Part shown: piece by piece, positions 14,998-27,615 of the stretch
Layout of the letters: the number at the start of each line of letters is the position of its first letter
How positions within the stretch are numbered: position 1 is the stretch's first letter
NCBI RefSeq assembly: GCF_001194135.2
Contig: NC_068990.1
Span: 26,037,287 to 26,101,286, forward strand
From: Octopus bimaculoides
Taxonomy: Eukaryota
DNA length: 64,000 nucleotides
Direction: 5' to 3'
Made by a program: the position numbers and the translations under genes
Notes under the pieces: generated by a model
Database searches by the model: none
Told to the model about the DNA's origin: nothing
Seen by the model: the letters and a program-made list of their open reading frames with translations, nothing else

Positions 14998-15290
14998 TTT
15001 TCTTTTTTTTTTTGTTCTTAGCTTGGTACTTATTCTATCGTCCTCTATTGTTGAACTAAGTTGAGGGGATGTAAGCCAACCGGTGTTGGTGTGTTTACAT
15101 CAAGTGGTGGTGGGGGACAAACACGGACACACAAACATGTTTCAGTTTCAGTCTATGATATCCACTCACAAGGCTTTGGTTGACCTCTGGCTATGGTTGA
15201 AGATACTTGCCCAAAGTGTCACACAGTGAGACTGAACCTGCAACTATGTGGTTACAAAGCATGCTTCTTACCACACAGCCACACCTGCAC
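14998..15290 (-). mobile_element. SINE family A, internally deleted
   Basis: Reverse complement of the family A head, core and partial 3' half. Confidence 0.8.
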
Positions 15291-15869
15291 CAACTGTTGA
15301 TGACATCAGTAATTATATTTAATGAATTGTTGATGATATTAGCAATTGTAAACAAGCAACATTTGATGACATCATCAATCGTAAATAACGAACCTTTGAT
15401 GCTATTAATAATAATTAAAGCCAAATAACAGCATTTGGTGTCATTAGTAATTGTAAGCAAACAATATTTAATGAATCTAGCATCAATAATAATTAGTGTT
15501 GGCGTTGTCAATCATAGACAACTGGCTCTGCTTTTGATGAAGTCATCAATATTAAATAATGAGAATTTAGTTATATCGCCAATTATTACTAATCAGAATT
15601 TGTTGACACCACCAGCTAATTAGTAACATCACCAATCATAGCCAAAATTCCAATTTTAATATGTATAACCGTAGTTAATAAACTAATGGTAATTTCTCCA
15701 AGCAAATATGAAAAACCAGTGGTAACACAGACAATTCAGTTGACAAACCAATAGAAACATAAAGAGCCTTGTGGGTGGATTTGATGGACAGAAACAGGAA
15801 GAAGCCCGTTATGTGTGTGTGTGTATGTATGTATGTGAGTGTGTGCCTTTGTGTCTCTGTTAGAACCAC

Positions 15870-16514
15870 AGATGTAGAATGGTTCTAGCTTCAGTTCCAC
15901 TACATGGCACCTTGGACACCTGCTATAGCTCTGGATTGAACAAAACCTTGTGAGTGGATTTGGTAAACAGAAACTGAAAGGAAAGGCAGTGAGCCGGCAG
16001 AAACGTTAGCAGGTCGGGTGAAATGCTTAGTGGTATTTCGTCTGCCGTTACGTTCTGAGTTCAAATTCTACTGAGGTCGGCTTTACCTTTCATCCTTTCA
16101 AGGTCGATAAATTAAGTACCAGTTTTGCACTGAGGTCGATGTAATCAGCTTAATCCCTTTGTCCATCCTTGTTTGTCTCTTCTATGTTTAGCCCCTTGTG
16201 GGCAATAAAGAAATAAGAAACTGAAAGAAGCTTGTTGTGTGTGTGTGAGTGTATATATATATATGTGTGTGTGTGTGTATATATATATATGTGTGTGTGT
16301 GTGCTTGTGTTTGTCCCTCACCACAGCTTGACACCTGGTGTTGGCTTGTTTATGTTCCTGTAACTTAGCAGTTTGGCAAAAGAGATCAACAGAAAAAATA
16401 CTAGGCTTAAAAATAAAAAAAATAAGTAGTGGGGTTGATTCATTTGACTAAAAATTCTTCAAGGCAGTGCCCCAGCATGGCCACAGTCTAATGACTGAAA
16501 TGATTAAAAGAAAA
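15870..16514 (+). mobile_element. SINE family A interrupted by a nested family B SINE
   Basis: The A core breaks at GAAACTGAAAG (15970-15980) and resumes at 16217-16227. Confidence 0.85.
15981..16216 (+). mobile_element. SINE family B, tail type B1, nested, with 11-bp TSD
   Basis: Full B core; tail TTTGTCTCTTCTATGTTTAGCCCCTTGTGGGCAATAAAGAAATAA; TSD GAAACTGAAAG. Confidence 0.9.
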
Positions 16515-17227
16515 ATCTGAATACAACAAATCAATAGTAACATTGCTAACCGTAACTCATAAACCGATGGTAAACTTGCTAATTTTAACTGAAGCAGCAT
16601 TAATAACATCACCAGGTTTAATCAGTTTGTATGGGTTGGATGCTTTGAAAAGGATCGGACAAACCAGAGGACTGCATTGAACTCCAGCGTCTGCTTGGGG
16701 TATCTTCTGCAGTTGGATACCCCTTTTAATGTCAACCACTTTAAAGAGTGTACTGGGTGCTTTTCATGTGTCGCTGGCACCTGTGAGGTCACCAGGTAAC
16801 TTATAACCAACAGGTTCACATCATCAGTTCATCTCCAAATATCAAAGAGTTCTAACATTTAGCCAGCTGTAAGTGCCGGTAATGTAATGTTTTCTTTATT
16901 AATTGTGACAGACTACACAACTGTGAAAAATTCCTGGTTTTAAAGGTATCGCGAAAAGCCTGGTTAGAGGTTCAACCTTCTGAGTTCTTTTACAGGGCTT
17001 AGAAAAACTGAAGAACCACTGCAATACATGAGTGAATCTGAGAGGGGAATATGTTGAATAAAAGCATAATTAACTGATCCTCTTGTATTTTCTTTTACCC
17101 CTTTGTATATTATGTTATGACAGTCATAAATTTATAACTTATGATGTTATTGTCTTTTTCTCTCACAAACCATTTCTCTGTTTCATTCCCTCAGTTTTGT
17201 ACTTTTTTCTGATGAAGTATTGATCCA

Positions 17228-17467
17228 ATTTTGCTTGACCATCTTTGCCTATGGACCCCTTTGATCCCTATTTTACTCCACTGGACCCCCATGTTAAAAA
17301 AATCTCATTATATCTTTAAAATTAAATATGAGTAGAAATTGTATTAAAAAATTGTTAAAATTTTTATGTACTGTAGAAGTATAACAAATTTATTGCAGAT
17401 AGATTTTAGCAACAAAATCTCATATGAATCCCCTAAGGGTCATATGGACACCAATTGAGAACCACTG
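17228..17467. mobile_element. hAT-like MITE
   Basis: Ends in TTGAGAACCACTG (revcomp CAGTGGTTCTCAA, a typical hAT TIR). The internal sequence matches 48471-48698 in reverse orientation. Confidence 0.6.
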
Positions 17468-18186
17468 TACTAACGTCTGAGACCTTGAGATTTTTCTTCT
17501 CATTAATTCATTCAGCAAATATCATTGCTCCTTTTTCTGATAAAGGGCTAATGTCCAAATCATTAAGGCTATTGCTCTTCTCATGAAAGCCTTAGACTAA
17601 TACTTTACTCGCTAAACCTTGTCTCTCCTGTGTTGTCTTTTTATTATTCATTGTATTTACACTATGATACAAGCTGTTAGGCTGTGACCAATCACATTCA
17701 AACGAGATAAAAAAAACAAAATAAAAAATCTACAACTTACCTTCCTCTAAAAGTTTCTTTGGTATATTCCTTATATTATTTGTCGTTTATATTTATATAT
17801 TCATTTTGTTAAGCCTTTGTTGATAATGAAAGGTGAGAAAGAGGCAGAGGAGGAGTGGAAGATATTTCAAGCACCCCACTGTTTCACTTTGAGTATAAAA
17901 TGGAATAATCCACAGTGTGATACCAGATGGAGTTCTGAAGACTGGTGTAAGTAAATGTCCCAATGGCACAGTAAATAATCGAATATGTCTGGAGATTTTC
18001 TGAAAATAGATCAATTATGACAATCAGTAAAAGAAGGTATGGAAAAAATAAACAACAACAATAATTCTTTCTAATTTGGGCACAAGGCCAGCAATTCTAA
18101 GGAATTTAACACAAACAACAGCAACATCATTCATAGCAACGCAAAAAAAAAACCCATCACAATTTAGTTTTGTGCAAAGGGACAGG

Positions 18187-18230
<44 letters not shown>

Positions 18231-18335
18231 GGAAGGAATAATTACAAATTAATCAGCATTTCATGTCTGATGAAGTGAGTGAACGATAATAATTTTATAG
18301 CATATATTGAATCTGTCTGTCTGTCTGTCTGTCTA

Positions 18336-18370
<35 letters not shown>

Positions 18371-19242
18371 TCCTCTCTCTCTCTTTTTATATATATAAAA
18401 TTCATTTTTCCTCATTCAAATTATTAGTATTAAGACACCCCTCCCACACACACGGTGGCCTTCTTTCAGTTTCTGTCTAACAAATCCACTTAGAAGGTCT
18501 TGGTTGGCCCAAGACTATAATACAAGATAATTGTCCAAAGTGCACTGCTGTGGAACTGAACCCTAAACCATATGGCTGGGAAGCAAACTTCTTAACTACA
18601 TAACCATGTGACACACTGGATAATGCAATCTCAGAATGCCTCATTCATTGGTTTCAACAATGAGTTCTCAATTGTTTTACTCATCTCAAGCAATTTGCTC
18701 ATTAAATTAACATGAAAACTGGCTGAATATTACTCAGACATAGTCCACCCTTAACACAATTCTCAGAATGAATCAATGTAACAAAATAAGTGGCAGGAAA
18801 TTTTTAATTCATTAGTTTTTAATTAATTAGAGGCGCTCTTGATTTGTTAGATATTTTATCTTACTGGCCCTGGAAGGGTGGAAGATAATGTTTGACTGCA
18901 ATGGGATTTGAACTTAGAACAGAAAATTGTAACTAAATATAGTACTACAGCAACACTTTGATGTTGCTCAACTGGTTCACGCCATAAATAATGTGGTACT
19001 ACTTTAAGAAATTGGTGTAATTAACTTTACGGTAATCTCCTTAGTATAACAAATGTAGGAGAAAAAATAACTGGGAAAAAAATATTGAAAAAAACACTTT
19101 ATCACTTTTAAGGTAAGAGAAAAAGAGAGAAAAAAGGGTAGGGCAAATGAGAGAGAGAGAGAGGTAGAGAAAGAGAAGGGGGAAGGAGGTAGAGCAGGAG
19201 GAGGAGATGAAAGTGTATATACATACAAAATATAGATATAGT

Positions 19243-19282
<40 letters not shown>

Positions 19283-19313
19283 CATACATATACCATTTTA
19301 GGTATACAAACAC

Positions 19314-19690
19314 AGGCGCAGGAGTGGCTGTGTGGTAAGTAGCTTGCTTACCAACCACATGGTTCCGAGTTCAGTCCCACTGTGAGGCACCTTGGGCAGG
19401 TGTCTTCTACTATAGCCTCGGGCCAACCAAAGCCTTGTGAGTGGATTTGGTAGACGGAAACTGAAAGAAGCCCGTCGTATATATGTATGTATATATGTAT
19501 GTGTGTATATGTTTGTATGGCTGTGTTTGTCCCCCACAACATCGCTTGGCAACCGATGCTGGTGTGTTTACGTCCCTGTAACTTAGTGGTTTGGCAAAAG
19601 GGACCGATAGAATAAGTACTAGCTTGACTAAAGGCAGTGCTCCAGCATGGCCGCATTCAAATGACTTAAACAAGTAAAAGAATAAAAGAA
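19314..19690 (+). mobile_element. Full-length SINE family A
   Basis: AGGCGCAGGAGTGGCTGTGTGGTAAG head through CAAGTAAAAGAATAAAAGAA tail; well preserved. Confidence 0.92.
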
Positions 19691-19905
19691 CGTACTTACA
19701 AACAGATGTAGTCAGATATAACAAGTGTATATTCACACACATACACATGCATACTCAAAATACAGACACAGCCAAAAATAAATGCACATTTGTAAGAACG
19801 AAAGATTAGTCTCAAAGACATAGATACATACATATACATACTCTTAGATATATATATATATATTCATAAATACACATGCCCATATTTACAAACATACACA
19901 CATAT

Positions 19906-20258
19906 AGGTGCAGGTGTGGCTTTGTGGTAAGAATCTTTCTCCCCAACCACATGGTTCCAGGTTCAGTCCCACTGTGTGACACCTTGGGCAAGTGTCTTCT
20001 CCTATACCCTCGGATTCACCAAAGTCTTGTGAGTGGATTTGGGAGATGGAAACTTAAAGAAGCCTATTTTATGTATGTGTGTGTGTAAGTATATATATAT
20101 ATATATACTTGGCGTTAGGAAGGGCATCCAGCTGTAGAAACTATGCCAAATTAGATTGGAGCCTGGTGTTGCCATCCGGTTTCACCAGTCCTCAGTCAAA
20201 TCGTCCAACCCATGCTAGCATGGAAAGCGGACATTAAACGATGATGATGATGATGATG
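19906..20258 (+). mobile_element. SINE A 5' half followed by a family C (RTE) 3' end
   Basis: A head/core to about 20090, (TA)n, then TTGGCGTTAGGAAGGGCATCCAGCTG...AAACGATGATG. Confidence 0.8.
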
Positions 20259-20329
20259 NNNNNNNNNNAATCGTCCAACCCATGCTAGCATGGAAAGCGG
20301 ACATTAAACGATGATGATGATGATGATGA

Positions 20330-20365
<36 letters not shown>

Positions 20366-21011
20366 TTTTACTTGTTTCAGTTATTTGACTGCAGCCATGC
20401 TGGAGCACCGCCTTTAGTCAAACAAATCAACCCCAGACTTATTCTTTGTAAGCCTAGTACTTATTCATTCAGTCTCTTTTGCCGAACCGCTAAGTTATGG
20501 GGATGTAAACACACCAACATCAGTTGTCAAGTGATGATGGGGGCACAAACACAGACACATATATTCATACATACATACATACATACATACATAAAAATTA
20601 GGGTTCTCAAAACCTGAAAGAAAAAGGCTGATTAGAAGACTACAGATTCAAGCCATCAATGGAACTGTAAAGATATGTAAAACTTTCCAAAAATTTAGCA
20701 CATAAATACATATGCATGCATCTAGACATGAAAATATATACATAAAAACGCATCCATAAAACAAACATACAAATCTGCGCATACACTAACACCAAATACT
20801 GCACACACACACACACATATGCATAAATACCTAGATGATGTTGATAAAAGTTCCAATGAAGGAGCTTTGAATCTATGTTANNNNNNNNNNNNNNNNNNNN
20901 NNNNNNNNNNNNNNNNNNNNNNNNNNNNNNNNNNNNNNNNNNNNNNNNNNNNNNNNNNNNNNNNNNNNNNNNNNNNNNNNNNNNNNNNNNNNNNNNNNNN
21001 NNNNNNNNNNN

Positions 21012-21070
<59 letters not shown>

Positions 21071-21511
21071 CAACAGGCTTCTTTCAGTTTCCATCAACCA
21101 AATCCACTCACTAGGCTTTGGTTGGCCCGAGGCTATAGTAGAAGACATTTGTCCGGGGTGCTATGCAGTGGGATTGAACTCAGAACCATGCCTGCGCCTA
21201 CATATATATGTGTGTGTGTTTGTGTGTGTGTCATTGTGTCTGTATTTGTCCCCCACCACTGCATGGTTTGTTTATGTCCACGTACCTTAGCAATTTGGCA
21301 AAAGCGACTGATAAAATAAGTACTAGGCTTAAAAACAAAGTACTGGGGTTGATTCTTTTGACTAAAATCTCGCCAAGTGCCCCAGCATGGCCACAGTCTA
21401 ATGACTGAAATAAATTAAAGCTAAAAGACACTCACACACATGTACATTGTATTTATAAAAACAGATTTCTACAGACATGTTCATAAATGCCCACTCACAT
21501 ATAAACACACA

Positions 21512-21542
<31 letters not shown>

Positions 21543-22835
21543 TCAGATACACACATACTAGCAAATACACATATACAAACATTGACATACTCATAGATAA
21601 ATATACACACACAAATACACACATATATTAATACATACACACAATTACATGCATATATATTAATACATACACGCACGTATATTAAGACATACACACTTGC
21701 ACATATATTAATACATACACACACACTTACATACATATATATTAATACACATACACACTTTCACACACATATATATTAATACATACACACTTACACACAC
21801 ATATTAATACATACAGACTTATATGTTTGCACACACATATTAATACATACCTACAAAAAGAGATAGTCACAACTACAAGCANNNNNNNNNNNNNNNNNNN
21901 NNNNNNNNNNNNNNNNNNNNNNNNNNNNNNNNNNNNNNNNNNNNNNNNNNNNNNNNNNNNNNNNNNNNNNNNNNNNNNNNNNNNNNNNNNNNNNNNNNNN
22001 NNNNNNNNNNNNNNNNNNNNNNNNNNNNNNCACACACACATACAAACACATACATACTCACAAATACACACATTCTCACAAGTGTGCACACATATTCAAA
22101 TAAGCTTACATACTCTACTCACACAAACACACACACATACAGACTCACAACCACATACACACACACACACAACTCATAGAGATACTCAACCACAAAAATA
22201 TACATAAAAAAGCCATGCATACTCACATACACGAATATGCATTTGTACACACAGACGCATTGAAGAAACTAGCAGGAAGGCCTCGTCCATAGAATATATC
22301 AACAAAGCAGCAAATATGTGGCAGGAAGGGGGGTGGTGTCAACAAATGGGGAAAAGAGGGGGTAATAGTGGGAGTAGATGCTGCTGTTAAGGAAGTGATG
22401 TAAGGAGGTGGGGAGCAGTTGATTGGAGGGGTAGTAGTGAGAGTACATGTTGCTGTTAAGGGAGTGATGTAAAAGGAAGGGGAGTGGACTGGAAGGGTGG
22501 AGGAGGGAGAAGGTCTGGTGCCAGCAAGTGATGGTGGAAGATGGGAGCAAGGGTGGTGGTGGTGGTGGCGGTGGAGGTTGGGCAAGAGAAAGAAACTTGA
22601 AGAATTGGTAAAAAGGTGTTGGAAGAGGGAAGTGAAAAATGGTGTTGTTTTTGGTGAAATATGAAGCTAGAAGTCTCATTAGTTAGGAAGGAACTTAACA
22701 CTTTCCCCACAATGGATTGATAGACAGACAGACAGATAGCTTAGATAGATATATAGATAGATAGATAGAAGGATAGAAGGATAGATAGATAGATAGAAGG
22801 ATAGATAGATAGATAGTCAGATAGATAAATAGATG

Positions 22836-22879
<44 letters not shown>

Positions 22880-22880
22880 T

Positions 22881-24224
22881 ATGTTTCTTTATTGGCCACA
22901 CAGGGCTGAACACAGAGGAGACAAAATACAAATGTAGAGCTTTTCTTTTGGGGAAGAGAAGAAGGAAAAAAAGAAAGGTGGGGTAGAAATTCGATCAAAA
23001 TGGATCGTAAAAAAAAAAAAAGGTTGATCAATAGGGATCGTGTATCACAGAAATATCAATGTAAAAAGGGAATACAGATTAGGCTTATCTGTGGAAAGAA
23101 AAGTCTACGGAAAAGACCACGGTATCCTTGGGCAATAATGTCATGCAAAAAAAAAAAAAAAACACATTACAGTAAGTGACTCTCTTTTTTCCTTTCTTTT
23201 TTGTTCAAGCTGGCTCTGTCATTCACATGTGCCATCCTTGCTACGTTCACCCATCTTTTTTTGAAACATTCAAAACTTCCCTCTCTACTCTCACCTTCCT
23301 CTTCAAGTGATACTTGAAGAAGTTGATGAGAGATTCACCAGAGAGGAAAGTGTTTGTCTCTAGACCTTTCAGACGTGTCCACCATCCACATTCTTTCACC
23401 ATAGCTACAAGTATTATGAAAATGGCTCTTCCATCCCATTTCAGAGAAGGAAGCGTGACAATATTAACGATAGACTTGGTTGTTAAACTGACTTGTCCCA
23501 CACGCGATGGCAGTCATTCGACATAAGCCCACAGGTCGGAAATGGTTGCACACTGTACGAGTGCATGTAGAACAGTTTCGTAGCTCTGACTACTTCTTGA
23601 GCAGGTCAGCCCTGTATTTCTCGAGCCATGCCTGTAGAGCCTATCCAGAACAGGTAGCACTTCTCCATAGCACTGCCAGGCCAGGGATCTCTGGAAGTTG
23701 TCCATAGGTCCTGGCCTGAACGTCCTCTTGAACAGGCAGGTCAGGTATTCCTCATTGACGCCCAGGTTCGCCCCGAGATTGTCGTTGTACCTCCCCTCCA
23801 CTAACCCCCTATAGAATATTTTGGTTATGCTGAAGTTGCTCAAGGTCGACCCGGGATGGCATAGTTGCTGGAGAGCAACGCGACACTTGCGGTGCCATTC
23901 GCCCTTCCTTGGCCTGTTTTTGATCTACGACTGTAGTTCAGTCATGGAGACGAGCTGTGGGAAAGCATGGCTCACAAACGGCGACCACATCTGTTCACCA
24001 TCGTCTACGTAGAGCTGGAGATGTCGCAGTCTCAGCACGTGTCTGCGCATCATCAACCATGGCATGCCCAGCCCTCCTTTTAGCGGGTGTTGGCAGCAAA
24101 CGGATTGCATGACCATCGGAACGCATCCTTTCCACAAGAAGCAGAAGAGAATGTGTTCTAGTTTGGTGATGGTAGGGTCGGGACAAGGCACGAAGGTCAA
24201 GCAGTAGTCGATGATGGAAGCAAG
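22881..24224 (-). mobile_element. 5'-truncated Tx1/L1-clade LINE: decayed ORF2 C-terminus with zf-RVT-like CCHC, plus 3' UTR
   Basis: One frame with stops: ...KLEHILFCFLWKG...CCQHPLKGGLGMPWL...FQRSLAWQCYGEVLPV...CSRSSQSYETVLHALVQC...LINFFKYHLKRKVRVER. GGLG and CxxC-ET-H-C are L1/Tx1 ORF2 hallmarks. The 3' UTR ends GGCCAATAAAGAAACAT. Confidence 0.85.
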
Positions 24225-24238
24225 ATAGATAGAGAGGC

Positions 24239-24306
<68 letters not shown>

Positions 24307-24324
24307 GGATAGATAGCTAGATAA

Positions 24325-24410
<86 letters not shown>

Positions 24411-24577
24411 GTGTGTGTTCGTGAGTATGTATGTGCTTGTGTGCATGTGCGTTTGTATCCCAATGCTTGTATGAGTGTATTTGTGAGTACATATGTTAGT
24501 GTGTGTGTGTGTGTGTGCTTGTATTTGTGACTATCTCTGTTTGTAAGTATGTATTAATATATGTGTAAGACAAATAG

Positions 24578-24666
<89 letters not shown>

Positions 24667-24921
24667 GATACTCATTTTCATAGATAAATAGATAAAGAGA
24701 GATCAACAGCAGCAATAATTAGTACAACAACAACAACTACAACACTACTACTACCAACAATAACAACCAAATGCAGTAACAATAACAACAGCAGCAACAC
24801 CCTCGCCATGAACAGCAGCAACAGCAATGATAAAACCAACAACAACAACAACAACAGCATCAACCCTGTGAATATTGCCAAGTACACCATTAACTTTGCA
24901 GTGCTGGGGTTCAACACCTCC

Positions 24922-24986
<65 letters not shown>

Positions 24987-25130
24987 CTATTGGATTAGAG
25001 ATTAGATGACAATATATTGTGATGCCAGGATGTAATCCACCAAACTCTTGGCAATGTGTCCAGTAGTACCCAATTAATTTAACTGATTCTCAGTGTTTCA
25101 AGTACCCTATTAATTTAAGTACCCACTCTC

Positions 25131-25176
<46 letters not shown>

Positions 25177-25242
25177 AACAGGAAGGGTTGAAAATGTAGT
25201 AAATTCATATATATATCAATAGATAAATAGTAAAAGATAGAT

Positions 25243-25644
25243 TTACTCTTTTACTCTTTTACTTGTTTCAGTCATTTGACTGTGGCCATGCTGGAGCACC
25301 ACCTTTTAGTCGAACTAATCGACCCCAGGACTTATTCTATCGGTCTCTTTAACCGAACCGCTAAGTTACGGGGACGTAAACACACCAGCATCGGTTGTCA
25401 AGCGATGTTGGGGGGACAAACACAGACACACAAACATATACACACACATACATACATATATATATATATATACATATATATGATGGGCTTCTTTCAGTTT
25501 CCGTCTACCAAATCCACTCACAAGGCTTTGGTCGGCCCGAGGCTTTAGTAGAAGACACTTGCCCAAGGTGCCACGCAGTGGGACTGAACCCGGAACCATG
25601 TGGTTGGTAAGCAGGCTACTTACCACACAGCCACTCCTACGCCT
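25243..25644 (-). mobile_element. Full-length SINE family A
   Basis: Near-complete reverse complement of 19314-19690. Confidence 0.92.
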
Positions 25645-26241
25645 ATTGAATAACATTCTTTAATTAAAATAACTACAATCGTTTCAGTATTTTTACACAT
25701 GTAGTACAAGTCAGTGTTGTGTAATCACTATCCTCCATCAAAGCTGTAAAATGCATTTTTTCAGGTGGTTAACTGAGTCTTTTGTTATATTATACTGTCA
25801 TTTCACTCAGTCTGAGAACTGTGGATGAGCTTTGCATAGCATACTTCAAGGTTTTAGCCGAATCTTATTTAATTAATCAGTTAATTAAATGCCTGCCTGT
25901 TCTGATTTCCAGTACTTAGAGTTACTCATTTCCCATCATCAGCTGGTAAATCAAGACTGGTTTAAATATTTTTTGAAATATGAAATTTAACACTTATCCT
26001 TATGTCTTTTGTTTAAAAATCTCTGTGAACAACACAAGCAAAAATAGCTGCTTCAAGCTCTCATATTTGATTTCATTTTGGTGCCTTTCAGTTGAACTAT
26101 ATTAAAGAATGCTTTACATTTGTATTGAGTCCAGTAATGAATTGCTTCTGATGAATCAACAGATATATATAGCTATATATATATGTTTGTATGTATGTAT
26201 GTATGTATGTATGTATGTATGTATGTATGTATGTATCTATC

Positions 26242-26473
26242 TTATTTCTTTACTGCACCCAAGGGGCTACACACAGAGGGGACAAACAAGGACAGACAAC
26301 GGACTAAGTATTTCTATATCAACCCCCAGTGCGTAACTGGTACTTATTTAATCGACCTCGAAAGGATGAAAGGCAAAGTCCACCTTGGTGGAATTTGAAC
26401 TTAGAATGTAACAGTAGACGAAATATCGCTAAGCATTTCGCCTGGCGTGCTAACATTTCTGCCAGCTCGCCAC
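26242..26473 (-). mobile_element. SINE family B (B1) flanked by TATC repeats
   Basis: Full B core and B1 tail, with TATC/TATG repeats on both sides. Confidence 0.88.
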
Positions 26474-26510
<37 letters not shown>

Positions 26511-26513
26511 ATT

Positions 26514-26551
<38 letters not shown>

Positions 26552-26879
26552 ATGTATTAAAGTGCTACTAATAGTTTCATATGTTGAGAGAACTCAAACA
26601 TATTCTTCAGGTGCAAACAAACTAAAAAATCGAATAAGTATAAGAAACACAATGGAGCTAAGATGGCAGCATATAGAACGTGCAGACAGTAAACAACGGA
26701 AGATGAGACTAAAGTGTCAAAAGATAAAAAGTGCTATACTCCTTAGGCCTTAAATGGGAAGGCTGGAATGATATCAAGGCAGCCAGGAATAAATGGAATT
26801 TTCCAATTCTTCAGAATATATTTATACATATAAATCAAAATATTAGTAATAGATCTAATGGCACCAAAGATAAAGTAGT

Positions 26880-27372
26880 ATCTAACTACTCTAGTATTAA
26901 TCAGGATAATAAGAAACCAAAAAATAGGTCAAGGAAAATAATTTGGTTTGCCCTTCCCTTTTCTCTTAATATAAAAACTAACATTGGTAAAAGATTCCTG
27001 TCTCTCCCAGACAAACACCAGCTGCTCACAGATGCAGGAAAATATTTAATAGGTGTTCTGTGAAATTATCATGTAGATAGTGTCCCAATATGAAGAGTAT
27101 CATTACACGTGGTCAACACCAAGAGCCTGAATCCAGCTGCAACTGTCACGACCCAGGATCGTGTCCACTTGACTAACGATGTAAGATTAAATCTATCATA
27201 TATAATGCAGAGGTTACTGCAACCCTAAATAATAATACAACTGATAAGAAGACCTATATTGGATTATGTAAAGGTGAATTTTAAAATTGCTATGCCAATC
27301 ACATAGCTTCCTTCCGACATGGGGAGAAAAGTAAAGCTACTAAGTTGGCTAGCTACGTATGGAGTTTGAAAG
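26880..27372 (+). pseudogene. Decayed Penelope-like element ORF: post-RT linker and GIY-YIG endonuclease
   Basis: Translation across stops and frameshifts: [31 protein letters not shown]...CPNMKSII...CNCHDPGSCPLD*RCKIKSIIYNAEV...KKTYIGLCKGEF*NCYANHIASF...TKLASYVWSLK. This matches the PLE pattern IIWFNPP(F/Y)S..VKTNIG..FL / CNC...CPL...C...IY...YIG...F..RY.NH..SF. Confidence 0.85.
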
Positions 27373-27453
27373 CCACATCAGATGCCATGATGGATCTAAG
27401 GTGTAGGTACAGGAGATGGTAAAACTCTGCATAAGAAGTAGACAACCACCATA

Positions 27454-27492
<39 letters not shown>

Positions 27493-27578
27493 GAGAATAT
27501 ACGAAAAAACAACAGACGAGGACAGGTGGTGTAAATAACAAAAGGATGTATTAGTATGACGCTCGTGAATACGGAAAG

Positions 27579-27615
27579 TCTTTGACGTTTCGAGCTACGC
27601 TCTTCAACAGAAAGA
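27579..27615 (-). ncRNA. Minimal type I HHR variant (core CUGUUGA), left arm
   Basis: TCTTT-CTGTTGA-A-GAGC-GTA-GCTC-GAAA-CG-TC-AAAGA. Palindromic ACGT stem III, GUC triplet. Confidence 0.55.

Larger units (their letters stand above)
14150..15660. repeat. Old degenerate ~33-bp minisatellite, interrupted by SINEs
   Basis: Units resemble TTTGATGACATCATCAATCGTAAATAACGAACC. Best preserved at 15295-15650; remnants at 14170-14280, 14560 and 14810. Confidence 0.6.

Noticed and set aside
17741-17999. Minus-strand segment with a good acceptor (TCTATTTTCAG) and donor (AAG|GTAAGT), containing ORF 17793-18014
   Set aside because: All three frames stop before the donor and the peptide is not recognisable. 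At most it is a non-coding or terminal exon, which I cannot support.
20208-20320. Direct duplication of a family C tail across a 10-N gap
   Set aside because: Identical sequence on both sides of a minimal gap is a typical unmerged contig overlap.
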